Source: Rhodospirillales bacterium | Lineage (GTDB): Bacteria > Pseudomonadota > Alphaproteobacteria > Rhodospirillales > UBA2165 | NCBI GenBank assembly: GCA_046582495.1 | Contig: JAYGEG010000040.1 | Coordinates: forward strand, 4,388-68,387 | Reading direction: 5' to 3' | Length of the DNA: 64,000 nt | In this document: positions 51,106 through 60,815 of the stretch, piece after piece | Layout of the letters: each line of letters opens with the position of its first letter | How positions within the stretch are numbered: position 1 is the stretch's first letter | Notes under the pieces: generated by a model | Told to the model about the DNA's origin: nothing | Databases searched by the model: none | What the model saw: the letters and a program-made list of their open reading frames with translations, nothing else | Made by a program: the position numbers and the translations under genes

Positions 51106-52062
51106 TCAGCGACCCAATGTTTTTGATGCTTCTTCTGCAACCCGCTGCACGATTTCACCGGCACTTGGTATGTCGTGGATGAGACCCGCATCTTGGCCAA
51201 ATGAAAGTGGGGCATTGTTGATGTCTCCGTCTTTCCGTGCTTGCAGGACGGTTGCATGAATTTCAGATTGGCGGGCGCGGACTTCCCATTCTCGTCCCGA
51301 CCAGCGTTCAACAAACCGGTTACGTTGCGCCCGAGACATTGCGCCTGGCCAAACTATACCAGCCGCGAGGTCTGGAATTTCCGTTAGCACCGTATCGTGG
51401 CCATTGCTTTTGAGAATGGCGTTTTTGAAGTTGTCGTGAAGCGGTGATTCTACCGTTGCTAAAAACCGAGTTCCCATGAGCGCGCCCTGAGCGCCAAGCG
51501 CAATTGCCGCTGCAAGTCCGCGGCCGTCTGCAATGCCGCCTGCCGCCAGGACCGGTATATCGCCGACCGCGTCAACAACCATAGGCACAAGTGTTAGTGT
51601 CGCCATCCAACCAACATGACCACCCCCTTCGGAGCCTTGTGCAACGATCACGTCCGCCCCAGCTTCAGCGCCACGAACAGACTCCTCGACGGTGCCTGCC
51701 ATGAAAGTTATTTTGCATCCAGCGGAATGTGCACGGTCGAAAAAAGGCTTTAAATCCTGATCTTTGCGCGGCCAGGCAAAAGCCATAATAGCTGGCTTTT
51801 CATCCAATGCAGTTTGAAAGGCTTCTTCGCCGATGAGAAACAATAAAAAGTTGAGCGCAAATGGCTTATCCGTGAGAATTCGAATTTCTGAAACAGCGGT
51901 TTGAATCTCATCCGAGGTATATCCGGCAAGCCCAATAGCGCCAATGCCTCCTGCATTTGCTACCGCGCCGACCATTGCAGGATTGGTATGCCCGCTTCCT
52001 AAGCCACCTAAGGCAACGGGAAATTCAACTTCAAGAAGATCGCATAGCGGTGTTCTAATCAT
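51106..52062 (-). CDS. Nitronate monooxygenase family flavoprotein
   Basis: AGGIGAIG, GADVIVAQGSEGGGH, PVLAAGGIADGRGLAAA..LGA.G..MGTRF, GQDAGLI. Confidence 0.92.
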   Translation of the reverse strand: MIRTPLCDLLEVEFPVALGGLGSGHTNPAMVGAVANAGGIGAIGLAGYTSDEIQTAVSEIRILTDKPFALNFLLFLIGEEAFQTALDEKPAIMAFAWPRKDQDLKPFFDRAHSAGCKITFMAGTVEESVRGAEAGADVIVAQGSEGGGHVGWMATLTLVPMVVDAVGDIPVLAAGGIADGRGLAAAIALGAQGALMGTRFLATVESPLHDNFKNAILKSNGHDTVLTEIPDLAAGIVWPGAMSRAQRNRFVERWSGREWEVRARQSEIHATVLQARKDGDINNAPLSFGQDAGLIHDIPSAGEIVQRVAEEASKTLGR

Positions 52063-52080
52063 GGCGCTATCCTTTCTCGC

Positions 52081-53079
52081 CTAAGGGATCAAGATAGTCG
52101 ATCCCATGGTTTTACCGGTTTCCAATGCTTCATGGGCAAGGGCCGCATCTTTCAAAGAAAAGCTTTGGCCGATCTCCACTTTGATTGCACCCGACGCAAC
52201 GACATCGAAAAGCTCATGAGCTAATCCCAACATGTTTTCGCGAGTGTTGGCGTAATTATACAGCGCGGTTTTGGTGAAGGTCAGCGAGCCCATATTCATC
52301 AGATCTAATGGCTCAAGTTCGGTCACGCGGCCGCCGGCCCAACCGTAATTGACCATCAAGCCGCGCTGTTTCAGGCTTTTAAAAGAGCCTTCCCAGGTGG
52401 GCTCACCGATCGGGTCATAAACCACATCGACGCCCTCGCCATTGGTGAGTTCGCGGGCGCGGGTTGCAAAATCTTCTTTGGTGTAAATGATGGGATGATC
52501 ACAGCCATGGGCGCGGGCATGGTCTGCTTTAGCCTCGCTCGAAACTGTTCCCAAAACCGTTGCGCCCAAATGATGCGCCCACTGGCACAAAATCGTGCCG
52601 ACACCACCGGCTGCCGCTTGCACCAATACGCTATGGCCGGGGCCGACTTCAAATGTGCGGCGGGCGAGATAACATGCCGTCATGCCTTTGACCATTATGG
52701 CCGCTGCTGTTTCATCAGAAATACGATCCGGGATGGCGACAAGTTCATGGGCTGGGATGAGGCGGCATTCCGTATAAGCGCCTTGTTGGCGGCGCAATCC
52801 ATAGGCGACGCGCTCACCGATTTCAAAACCCTCGACATCCTGGCCAATCGCTTCAACAACACCGGCTGCTTCGCGGCCAAGGATAAGTGGCAGCGGGTTG
52901 GAATGTGTACCACTCGGTCTTTTCCGTGTATGAACTTCACTGAAATTGATGCCAATTGCGGTTTGTTTAAGTCGGATTTCGCCGGGTCCCGGATCACCGA
53001 TCTCGGTGTCTTCAAGTTTGAGAACTTCGGGTCCGCCGTGCTCGCGCAAGAAAACCGCCGCTGATTTACGTGATGCCAT
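52081..53079 (-). CDS. NADPH:quinone oxidoreductase family (MDR/QOR), divergent paralog
   Basis: GGPEVLK, LGREAAGVV, VLVQAAAGGVG, GVDVVYD, GKTMGSTILIP. Start set to ATG 53079. Confidence 0.92.
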   Translation of the reverse strand: MASRKSAAVFLREHGGPEVLKLEDTEIGDPGPGEIRLKQTAIGINFSEVHTRKRPSGTHSNPLPLILGREAAGVVEAIGQDVEGFEIGERVAYGLRRQQGAYTECRLIPAHELVAIPDRISDETAAAIMVKGMTACYLARRTFEVGPGHSVLVQAAAGGVGTILCQWAHHLGATVLGTVSSEAKADHARAHGCDHPIIYTKEDFATRARELTNGEGVDVVYDPIGEPTWEGSFKSLKQRGLMVNYGWAGGRVTELEPLDLMNMGSLTFTKTALYNYANTRENMLGLAHELFDVVASGAIKVEIGQSFSLKDAALAHEALETGKTMGSTILIP

Positions 53080-53092
53080 TTTAATATCCGCG

Positions 53093-54067
53093 TTAAGGAA
53101 GCAGGATTGTTGAACCCATGGTCTGGCGCGACTCCAGGGCTGTATGGGCTGCGGCTGTTTCTGAAAGTGGGAAAGTTTGACCGATTTCAATTTTCACTTT
53201 GCCGGAACCAACGACATCAAATAAATCTCCCGCGGCCTTTAATCGCATTTCTTGATCGGCAGTGTAGTTAAACAGCGTGGGCCGGCTAAGAGCGAGTGAG
53301 CCCCGCCGCATGAGTTCCAACGGCTCGATTGCCGGGATTGGGCCGGAGGCATTACCGAAGTTTACCAAGGTGCCAAAATTCTCAAGGCAATCCATCGATT
53401 TTTCATAGGTGTTTTTGCCAATCGATTCATAGACAACCGGCACGCCTTTTCCATCGGTGATTTCTGACACCCGCTCGGCAAAATCTTCGGTCGAATAATT
53501 AATCGGGTGATGACAGCCATTGGATTTAGCTTTTTCGGCCTTTTCATCGCTGCCGACCGTGCCGATCACCGTTGCGCCGAGGGCGTTGGCCCATTGGCAC
53601 ATAATGGAGCCGACACCGCCTGCGGCTGCGTGCACCAAAATTGTATCGCCGGGTTTTACCACGTAACATTTAAACAACAACATGTGGGAAGTCATGCCTT
53701 TGAGCATCATCGCTGCGGCGGTCTGATCTTCAATCGAATCTGGGAGCGGCACCAAAACACCAGCGGAAATATTGCGCGCTTCACTATATGAGCCCATCTG
53801 ACCCCCTGCATAGGCAACCCGCTGGCCAATTTCGAGACCTTCCACGCCTGGCCCAAGCGCTTCAATGACGCCGGCGCCTTCAGTGCCCAACGTAATTGGT
53901 AATTCAATCGGGTAAAGACCGGAACGCTGATAACAGTCGATGAAGTTAAGACCACTCGCGCTATGTTTTATGCGGACTTCACCGTCGCCGGGATCGCCCA
54001 GCTCTACGTCTTCCCATTTAAGGACTTCAGGTCCGCCGGTTTCATGGATGCGAATTGCTTTGGTCAT
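53093..54067 (-). CDS. qor: NADPH:quinone oxidoreductase
   Basis: GGPEVLKWE, GLNFID.YQRSGLYP, LGTEGAG, LVHAAAGGVG, GSLALSRPTL, RQTMGSTILLP. Confidence 0.94.
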   Translation of the reverse strand: MTKAIRIHETGGPEVLKWEDVELGDPGDGEVRIKHSASGLNFIDCYQRSGLYPIELPITLGTEGAGVIEALGPGVEGLEIGQRVAYAGGQMGSYSEARNISAGVLVPLPDSIEDQTAAAMMLKGMTSHMLLFKCYVVKPGDTILVHAAAGGVGSIMCQWANALGATVIGTVGSDEKAEKAKSNGCHHPINYSTEDFAERVSEITDGKGVPVVYESIGKNTYEKSMDCLENFGTLVNFGNASGPIPAIEPLELMRRGSLALSRPTLFNYTADQEMRLKAAGDLFDVVGSGKVKIEIGQTFPLSETAAAHTALESRQTMGSTILLP

Positions 54068-54093
54068 TTTTCTTCCCCTTCTCCCCTTCAGAT

Positions 54094-54261
54094 TTAGCTA
54101 AATTCGAAGGCGGTTTGTCCTGATTTTTCTATGGTTCCATATGTGCCCCGGCTTTCAAGGCGAAGCAAGGCCTGTTTTGTAGCAATCGCCGAACCGCCTA
54201 AAAATCCGGTCAACTTCCCGTTAGACCCCATGACGGAGTGGCAGGGAATTATCGTTGCGAG
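54094..54261 (-). pseudogene. ogt: Displaced 3' part of ogt (methylated-DNA--protein-cysteine methyltransferase)
   Basis: Not in the ORF track. Manual translation: LATIIPCHSVMGSNGKLTGFLGGSAIATKQALLRLESRG...EFS-stop. The active-site PCH(R) motif appears as PCHS, with the Cys codon at 54241-54243. Confidence 0.9.
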
Positions 54262-54312
54262 AAATTTTAGCTTAGGAGCAATTAGGTAGAGTAATATATT
54301 CTCAGAGATTAA

Positions 54313-54513
54313 TTATTCATTTTCGGTACTGTTTGGATCAGCAATTCTTGGGGAAATGTGGCCATCGGTGATTGCTTGTCGTATGCCTTGCTCAATTAAT
54401 GCCCTGGCGGCTCCATCAATTGAGTTTCCATAAAGGCCAGTTTTTGTCAGGTCGTCTAGATACAAAAGAGCTTCTGCCGAAAGTCTTGGAGTAGCTCTAT
54501 TGTCTTTTGCCAT
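54313..54513 (-). CDS. Small ribbon-helix-helix-like protein (66 aa)
   Basis: MAKDNRATPRLSAEALLYLDDLTKTGLYGNSIDGAARALIEQGIRQ: strand-helix-GxxG.S-helix pattern typical of RHH proteins. Start set to ATG 54513. Confidence 0.55.
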   Translation of the reverse strand: MAKDNRATPRLSAEALLYLDDLTKTGLYGNSIDGAARALIEQGIRQAITDGHISPRIADPNSTENE

Positions 54514-54542
54514 GCATACAAAATAACACAGAAATATCAGTA

Positions 54543-54572
54543 ATGGTACCCATTTGGGTACCATATATGGTA
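54543..54572. promoter_or_regulatory. Nested palindromes, candidate operator
   Basis: ATGGTACCCA-TT-TGGGTACCAT (54543-54564) overlapping the perfect palindrome TACCATATATGGTA (54559-54572), 30 bp upstream of the RHH-like gene. Confidence 0.55.
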
Positions 54573-54854
54573 TATAATATGTTATGTGGGCGACACGGTG
54601 AGTCTCCCCGCCGTAGCACCGCCGTTAGGTGGGCGCGCAATGAGGGAAATTAGGGAGCACCCTCCTAACATATTACTGGCGCGTCTCAATATATGGCGCG
54701 CCAGTTGCTCATCATGGTCTCGAATTATGTCTCCTCGCTTTATCGCTCGCCTATAAACGCGCCGCGCCTCTTTCATGTTGTACGAGAGAATCATAGTTAA
54801 AAAAACTTTTGATTCTTTGGTTGCTTTGAGACTTATGCTCCATAATTTGCGAGG

Positions 54855-55181
54855 TGGGTTCCTGCCGCATGCACCGCCGACAGCGCGGGCATGACTGCCC
54901 AAAGATTTTGCCAAATCGCCATAAGTTTTAATCTCGCCGTAGGGTATCGCGAGCATTTTTTGCCAAACGGCTTGTTGAAAATCTGTGCCCTCTGGTCTAA
55001 GCGGCAAATCGAAAACTTCGCGCTCTCCGGCAAAATATTCTTCGAGTTGTTGTTTTGCTTTTAAAAGTAGCGGTGTTTCAGTGCTGTCTGAGGCGCGACC
55101 CCACTCAACGACAATAATTTCGCCTGCTTCTTCAAAAATGGCCAACGGCTCGGTGGGGCTTTGTAAAGTTATAAACGGCAT
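54855..55181 (-). pseudogene. ogt: 5' part of ogt (109 codons); reads through into the insert to a stop at 54582
   Basis: QQLEEYFAGER..FDLPL...GTDFQQAVW..ML.IPYGE..TYGDLA......ARAVGGACGRNP, then non-homologous sequence. Confidence 0.92.
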
Positions 55182-55212
55182 GGCAAGAATTTAAACCTGA
55201 GATAACCAGGTA

Positions 55213-57255
55213 TCAAGTTTGGGAAAGTTCTTCCAGCAAACCTTCCGAAGTTATTTGCGGCAGACCACAGGTTTGACCTCGGCAAACATAGGCGGTTGGC
55301 TGGCTATCGATTTGCGTTTTGCCCTTTGCCGGATGATCGGCGGGCAGTTCGATCTCAGGCGTTAGGCAGGCGAGAATGAGATTGGGATCGCCGCAATTGA
55401 TCGCTGTTCTGGCGAGATCAGCACCCTCATTTTCTTTTGCAATAATGACAACCTGTAATCCTGTTGCCAGTGTTTCAAACCCAGCCAGGAGGCTTGGCAT
55501 ATTTGCGCCTTGGTTGGGTGTTTTTGCGGTGAAGCCATTGATCAATTGGTCTGCCTGATCGCGGTAATGTGGCACGCCCGTGAGGTAAAACAATCGCGCC
55601 AAATTTTCCGCCATGACGCCATTGCCGGACGGCGTTGCATTATCAAACGCAGTGCGCGTGCGGGCAATTAGGTCATGAGCGTCATTTGGCGAGAGATAAT
55701 ATCCGGCCCCTGCGTCATCCCAAAAATGTGCTTTCGAGGTGTCAGCCCAGATTATCGCCTGATCGAGATAGGCCTGACTTCCCGTGACCTGATAAAGCTG
55801 CAGCGCCGCTTTGATCATGCAGGCATAATCGTCGAGCATATCAGCTGTTTTGGCCTCACCTTTACAAAAGCTATGCTTGAGACGCGGGCCATTGCTCATG
55901 TCTGACAGAATGAAATCGAAAGCGATTTTGGCGGCGTTGATCCAATCGGGCTCGTCAAAAACAGCGCCGGCATAACTTAGAGCGGCGATCATCAAACCGT
56001 TCCAATCGGCAAGAATTTTATCATCAAGGCCGGGCCGCACCCGATCTTCACGCGCCTGCCATAAAATCTGGCGGCTGGTTTTTAATTTACTTTCGGCGGC
56101 GTCTGATCCGAGATCGAGCGTATTGAGGCGGTTGAGGATATTTGTGTGTTCCCAATTGCCAGACTCCGAGACATCGTAGATGTCTTTAAATTCGGGGGCA
56201 TCGCCGCCGAGCAATTGATCAATATCTGTTTCTGACCAGACGTAGAACGCCCCTTCCCGGGATATGCCTTCGGCGTCCGGACTGTCTGCATCGAGTGTAC
56301 CGGCATAGGCGCCGCCTTCCAGGCGAAGTTCCCTGAGCGCCCAATCGATGGTTTCCCGAATTCTGATTTCAAATAAGGGCGATTTCGTTTTTTGCCAAAC
56401 CAAAGTCATCACATAGAGAAGCTGGGCGTTATCGTACAACATCTTCTCAAAATGCGGCGCCAGCCAAATCGCGTCGGTCGAGTAGCGGGCAAAACCGCCG
56501 CCGAGATGATCGTAAATTCCACCTTGGCACATATGGATAAGCGAGGTTGTAACGGCGGCAAGGAATTGATCATTACCGGTTCTAAGATAAGCCCGCCACA
56601 GCATTTCCTGAAACGACGGCTGCGGAAATTTAGGCGCGCCGGTCATGCCGCCATTTTGAAAATCGACCATTGAGAGCGCTTGCTCAGCCGCGGCATCAAT
56701 TTCAGCGATTGATTGTAGCCCGGTACCCGCTGCTTGAGTTTGGCTAAGATCGGCTTGATTGGCGAGGCCGTTTAATATGGCATCGATGTTGGCGTCTACT
56801 TTTTCACGCTGATCATGGAAAAGGCTGGAGACCGCGCGCAACACATCGGAGAAGCCCGGATGACCATACCGTGAAGTTGGCGGGAAATAGGTGCCGCCCC
56901 AATAGGGCTTGCCTTCCGGTGTCAGGAACATCGTCAATGGCCAGCCGCCCTGCTGGCCCATCATCGCCAGAGAAGTCATATAAATGCTATCGACATCCGG
57001 GCGCTCTTCTCTGTCCACTTTGATATTGACGTAGAGCTCGTTCATTAAAGCTGCCGTCTCGTCATCTTCAAAGCTCTCATGCGCCATCACATGACACCAG
57101 TGGCATGCGGCATAACCTATTGATAACATTATAGGTTTTCCACTTTCTTTGGCCATTAGGAAAGCCTCGTCACCCCACGATTGCCAATGAACCGGATTGT
57201 CTTTGTGCTGTTTGAGATAAGGGCTGCTTTCCTCACCTAGGCGGTTCGATGTCAC
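55213..57255 (-). CDS. Thioredoxin domain-containing protein (YyaL/SSP411 family)
   Basis: [72 protein letters not shown]. Confidence 0.95.
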   Translation of the reverse strand: MTSNRLGEESSPYLKQHKDNPVHWQSWGDEAFLMAKESGKPIMLSIGYAACHWCHVMAHESFEDDETAALMNELYVNIKVDREERPDVDSIYMTSLAMMGQQGGWPLTMFLTPEGKPYWGGTYFPPTSRYGHPGFSDVLRAVSSLFHDQREKVDANIDAILNGLANQADLSQTQAAGTGLQSIAEIDAAAEQALSMVDFQNGGMTGAPKFPQPSFQEMLWRAYLRTGNDQFLAAVTTSLIHMCQGGIYDHLGGGFARYSTDAIWLAPHFEKMLYDNAQLLYVMTLVWQKTKSPLFEIRIRETIDWALRELRLEGGAYAGTLDADSPDAEGISREGAFYVWSETDIDQLLGGDAPEFKDIYDVSESGNWEHTNILNRLNTLDLGSDAAESKLKTSRQILWQAREDRVRPGLDDKILADWNGLMIAALSYAGAVFDEPDWINAAKIAFDFILSDMSNGPRLKHSFCKGEAKTADMLDDYACMIKAALQLYQVTGSQAYLDQAIIWADTSKAHFWDDAGAGYYLSPNDAHDLIARTRTAFDNATPSGNGVMAENLARLFYLTGVPHYRDQADQLINGFTAKTPNQGANMPSLLAGFETLATGLQVVIIAKENEGADLARTAINCGDPNLILACLTPEIELPADHPAKGKTQIDSQPTAYVCRGQTCGLPQITSEGLLEELSQT

Positions 57256-57369
57256 TTGGATCTCCTGCGATACTCTGGAATCGTTTTAATCGATATAACA
57301 AATAACTGTGAAGGATTAATATAGTCAAACAACGTGACAGGCGAAAGTCATCTGCCTATACCTAGCTTT

Positions 57370-58698
57370 ATGAATAGTCTGCAAGACAATCAAACGATAT
57401 TTGCTTTGGCCAGCGGCGCCGGGAAGTCAGGCATTGCGGTATTTCGGATATCAGGGCCGTCTGCGACGGATGCGCTTCGGGCAGTTTGCAAAAAACAATT
57501 GCCTGAACCAAGGCGCGCCACTCGGGTGGAGCTCATTGATCCTAAAACGGAAGAAGTGCTGGATGATGGGCTTGCGCTATATTTTCCAGGGCCAGCGAGC
57601 TTTACCGGCGAGGATGTTGTTGAGCTGCATGTCCATGGTGGCCGGGCTGTCATTGCTGGAATTACCGAAGCCTTGGCGGCAATTGATGATGTGCGTCTGG
57701 CAGAAGCCGGTGAATTTACCCGCCGGGCATTTGATCACGGTAAGTTTGATCTGACCTCTGCTGAAGGTTTGGCCGATCTTATCAACGCGGAGACCGCGGC
57801 GCAACGACGCCAAGCCCAACGCCAGTTGCAAGGTGATCTTGGCCTTATTTACGATGATTGGCGGGAGAGGCTGTTAAAAGCGATGGCTCTGTTTGAAGCA
57901 GAGATAGATTTTTCCGACGAGGATTTACCGCCGGGGCTGCATGAGCAGGTTGCCACCCAAATTGCTGATATCACGGCAGAAATTTCTGAACATCTCGACG
58001 ACAAAGGCCATGGCCAGATTTTACGCGATGGTCTCTATATCGCGATCATCGGTCCGCCAAATGCCGGAAAGTCGAGTTTACTCAACAGATTGTCGCGGCG
58101 CGATGTCGCCATTGTATCGGAACATGCTGGAACGACCCGCGATGTCATTGAGGTTCATCTCGAATTGGAAGGTTATCCGGTTATTTTAGCCGATACCGCT
58201 GGATTGCGTGAGGCTCAGGATGATATTGAAAGTGAAGGCGTTCGCCGCGCCGAGGAACGCGCCGATCAGGCCGATCTAAAATTGGCGGTGTTAGATGGCG
58301 CAACCTGGCCTGATAAAGACAAAAAAACAATGGACCTTATTGATGATGACACGGTAACCGTTATCAATAAATCTGATTTAATGGGCGATGTCACCTCAGA
58401 ACATCTTTTGATTTCGGCTGAAACAGGTGACGGTTTTGATACGCTGCTCGAAGTTTTAAAGAGAGAAGTCGGAGAAAGATGCCATTTATCCGCCTCCCCT
58501 GCATTGACGAGAACGCGGCATCGTTCGGCTCTTGAAGACAGTCTTTTAAATTTAAAACGTTTTCCGAATTCACCGGAAACCGAGCTGAAAGCCGAAGATT
58601 TGCGTTTAGCGGCACGCGCACTTGGACGGATTACTGGCCGCGTTGATGTTGAAGATGTATTGGATATTATCTTTAAAGAATTCTGTATTGGCAAATAA
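57370..58698 (+). CDS. mnmE: tRNA modification GTPase MnmE (TrmE)
   Basis: TIFALASG, SFTGEDVVELHVHGG, GPPNAGKSSL, GTTRDVIE, DTAGLR, NKSD, IFKEFCIGK. Start set to ATG 57370. Confidence 0.98.
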   Translation: MNSLQDNQTIFALASGAGKSGIAVFRISGPSATDALRAVCKKQLPEPRRATRVELIDPKTEEVLDDGLALYFPGPASFTGEDVVELHVHGGRAVIAGITEALAAIDDVRLAEAGEFTRRAFDHGKFDLTSAEGLADLINAETAAQRRQAQRQLQGDLGLIYDDWRERLLKAMALFEAEIDFSDEDLPPGLHEQVATQIADITAEISEHLDDKGHGQILRDGLYIAIIGPPNAGKSSLLNRLSRRDVAIVSEHAGTTRDVIEVHLELEGYPVILADTAGLREAQDDIESEGVRRAEERADQADLKLAVLDGATWPDKDKKTMDLIDDDTVTVINKSDLMGDVTSEHLLISAETGDGFDTLLEVLKREVGERCHLSASPALTRTRHRSALEDSLLNLKRFPNSPETELKAEDLRLAARALGRITGRVDVEDVLDIIFKEFCIGK

Positions 58699-58717
58699 TC
58701 GCTTAAATCGCCAATAA

Positions 58718-58733
58718 TGTTTCACGTGAAACA
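58718..58733. other. parS site 1
   Basis: Perfect palindrome TGTTTCACGTGAAACA. Confidence 0.95.
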
Positions 58734-58904
58734 CACACACTCTCTCTCTATGTCTATATAAATGAGTAACACAGCATATTGATTTCGATTCGGGGTAGTA
58801 TTTATATAGTTTCAATTACCCGCATATATGTCGATGTCTTCAATTGACTTATTAGGCCAGCCCCCCTACATTCCCGCGCCTAATGAAAGAGACCCAATAA
58901 CGTT

Positions 58905-60788
58905 ATGAGCGAAGCCGTTTCCATAAACAATAAATTTGATGTCATTGTCGTTGGCGGTGGCCATGCCGGTAGTGAAGCCGCAGCGGCTGCGGCGCGCATC
59001 GGCGCCCGGACGCTTTTGCTTACCCATAAGTTGGAATCCATCGGTGAGATGTCTTGCAATCCTGCGATTGGCGGCTTGGCAAAAGGTCAGCTGGTGCGGG
59101 AAATTGATGCGCTCGATGGGATCATGGGCAGGGCGATTGATCGCGGCGGCATTCAGTTCCGCATGCTCAACCAAAGCAAAGGCCCGGCCGTCCGAAGCCC
59201 CCGCGCCCAAGCCGATCGCAAACTCTACCGCGAAGCCATATTTGATCTGTTGTCCCATCAAGATAATCTTGAGATGAAGGCCGGCTCTGCCGAAGACCTC
59301 CTGTTCGATGAAAAGGGTCAATTGGTGGGTTTAAAAACCGGCGATGGTGCGGATCTGCACGCGCCCAAAATTATCATCACCACCGGCACGTTTCTGCGCG
59401 GCCTCATTCATATTGGTGAAGTAAAAATTCCAGCTGGCCGGGTACATGAGCAACCCGCCATTGGCCTGTCTTTTACGTTTAAGCGTTTGGGTTTTCGCTT
59501 GGGCCGCCTTAAAACCGGTACGCCGCCACGGATTGACGGCAAAACCATCGACTGGTCTCAGCTGACTGAGCAACCTGGCGACACGCCGCCGGTGCCGTTT
59601 TCCTATTTGACGGATCGGATTACAACGCCGCAGATTTCCTGCTTTATTACGCAGACCACTGCTGCATCGCATCAATTAATCAACGCGAACTTACACCGGG
59701 CACCGATGTATTCTGGTCAGATTGACAGCACCGGTCCCCGCTATTGTCCGTCAATTGAAGATAAGGTCGTGCGCTTTGCCCACCGCGAACGCCATCAGAT
59801 TTTCCTGGAGCCCGAAGGCCTTGATGACGATACGGTTTATCCGAACGGCATTTCAACCTCCCTGCCGAAAGATGTGCAGTTGGACCTGTTGAAAACCATC
59901 CCGGGCTTGGAAAATGCTCGAATGATTCAGCCGGGCTATGCAATCGAATATGATTTTGTCGACCCTCGGGAACTTCACCCGACCTTAGAGACCCACCGTG
60001 TTCCTGGTCTCTACTTTGCCGGCCAGATAAACGGTACAACCGGTTACGAAGAAGCCGGCGCGCAAGGATTGGTCGCGGGTATCAATGCGGCGCGGGCCGC
60101 TGGTGATCAAGATCCGATCATCATTGATCGGGCCGATGCTTATATTGGTGTGTTAATCGATGACCTCGTCACTCTTGGCACCAGTGAGCCCTATCGCATG
60201 TTTACGTCCCGAGCCGAATATCGCCTGCAACTTCGGGCCGACAATGCGGATCAGCGTCTGACACCAAAAGGTGTCGAAATTGGCTGCGTTTCGGTGATGC
60301 GCGAAAAAGCTTTTGCCCAAAAGTCAGCAGAGCTCAATCGAGCAATTGAATTGGCGCAGTCGCTAAACAAGACGCCGAACGAACTGGCCAGCCTTGGGCT
60401 TAAAATAAATCAAGACGGCGTGCGGCGAAATGTCATAGAAATTCTTCGTTATAAAGACATGAACATGAGGCGCATTGCCGAATTTTGGCCAGAGCTATCT
60501 GGCCTTTCTCCGGCAATTGCCGAGCAGATTGAAATTATGGGACTTTACTCTGGCTATATGGATCGCCAGGAAGCTGATATCCGTGCCTTCAGAAATGATG
60601 AATCTCTCCTCATTCCAGAGGACATCGACTTTAATGCAATTGGCGGTTTGTCCAATGAAATCCGCTCAAAACTCGAAGAAGCGCGCCCGACGACGCTTGG
60701 TGCTGCGGCGCGAATATCTGGCGTAACTCCTGCAGCATTAACGGCATTGTTGGGATTTGTCCGCCGCCGCGCTAGAAATGCAGCCTAA
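58905..60788 (+). CDS. mnmG: tRNA U34 carboxymethylaminomethyl modification enzyme MnmG (GidA)
   Basis: [63 protein letters not shown]. Confidence 0.99.
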   Translation: MSEAVSINNKFDVIVVGGGHAGSEAAAAAARIGARTLLLTHKLESIGEMSCNPAIGGLAKGQLVREIDALDGIMGRAIDRGGIQFRMLNQSKGPAVRSPRAQADRKLYREAIFDLLSHQDNLEMKAGSAEDLLFDEKGQLVGLKTGDGADLHAPKIIITTGTFLRGLIHIGEVKIPAGRVHEQPAIGLSFTFKRLGFRLGRLKTGTPPRIDGKTIDWSQLTEQPGDTPPVPFSYLTDRITTPQISCFITQTTAASHQLINANLHRAPMYSGQIDSTGPRYCPSIEDKVVRFAHRERHQIFLEPEGLDDDTVYPNGISTSLPKDVQLDLLKTIPGLENARMIQPGYAIEYDFVDPRELHPTLETHRVPGLYFAGQINGTTGYEEAGAQGLVAGINAARAAGDQDPIIIDRADAYIGVLIDDLVTLGTSEPYRMFTSRAEYRLQLRADNADQRLTPKGVEIGCVSVMREKAFAQKSAELNRAIELAQSLNKTPNELASLGLKINQDGVRRNVIEILRYKDMNMRRIAEFWPELSGLSPAIAEQIEIMGLYSGYMDRQEADIRAFRNDESLLIPEDIDFNAIGGLSNEIRSKLEEARPTTLGAAARISGVTPAALTALLGFVRRRARNAA

Positions 60789-60799
60789 AAACGTACGAA

Positions 60800-60815
60800 T
60801 GTTTCACGTGAAACA
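60800..60815. other. parS site 2
   Basis: TGTTTCACGTGAAACA; its last A is the A of the ATG at 60815. Confidence 0.95.

Larger units (their letters stand above)
54255..54853. mobile_element. 592-bp insert in ogt bounded by 7-bp direct repeats (TTGCGAG); no recombinase or transposase
   Basis: TTGCGAG at 54255-54261 and 54847-54853, located where ogt homology stops and resumes; AT-rich interior. Confidence 0.75.

Noticed and set aside
54640-54756. 38-codon plus-strand ORF inside the ogt insert
   Set aside because: Too short, no recognisable motif, and antisense to a longer open frame.
54255-54853. IS or MITE interpretation of the ogt insert
   Set aside because: No transposase and no convincing terminal inverted repeats; only offset GGAGCA/TGCTCC and short AATTT/AAATT symmetry. 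Kept as an unclassified insert.
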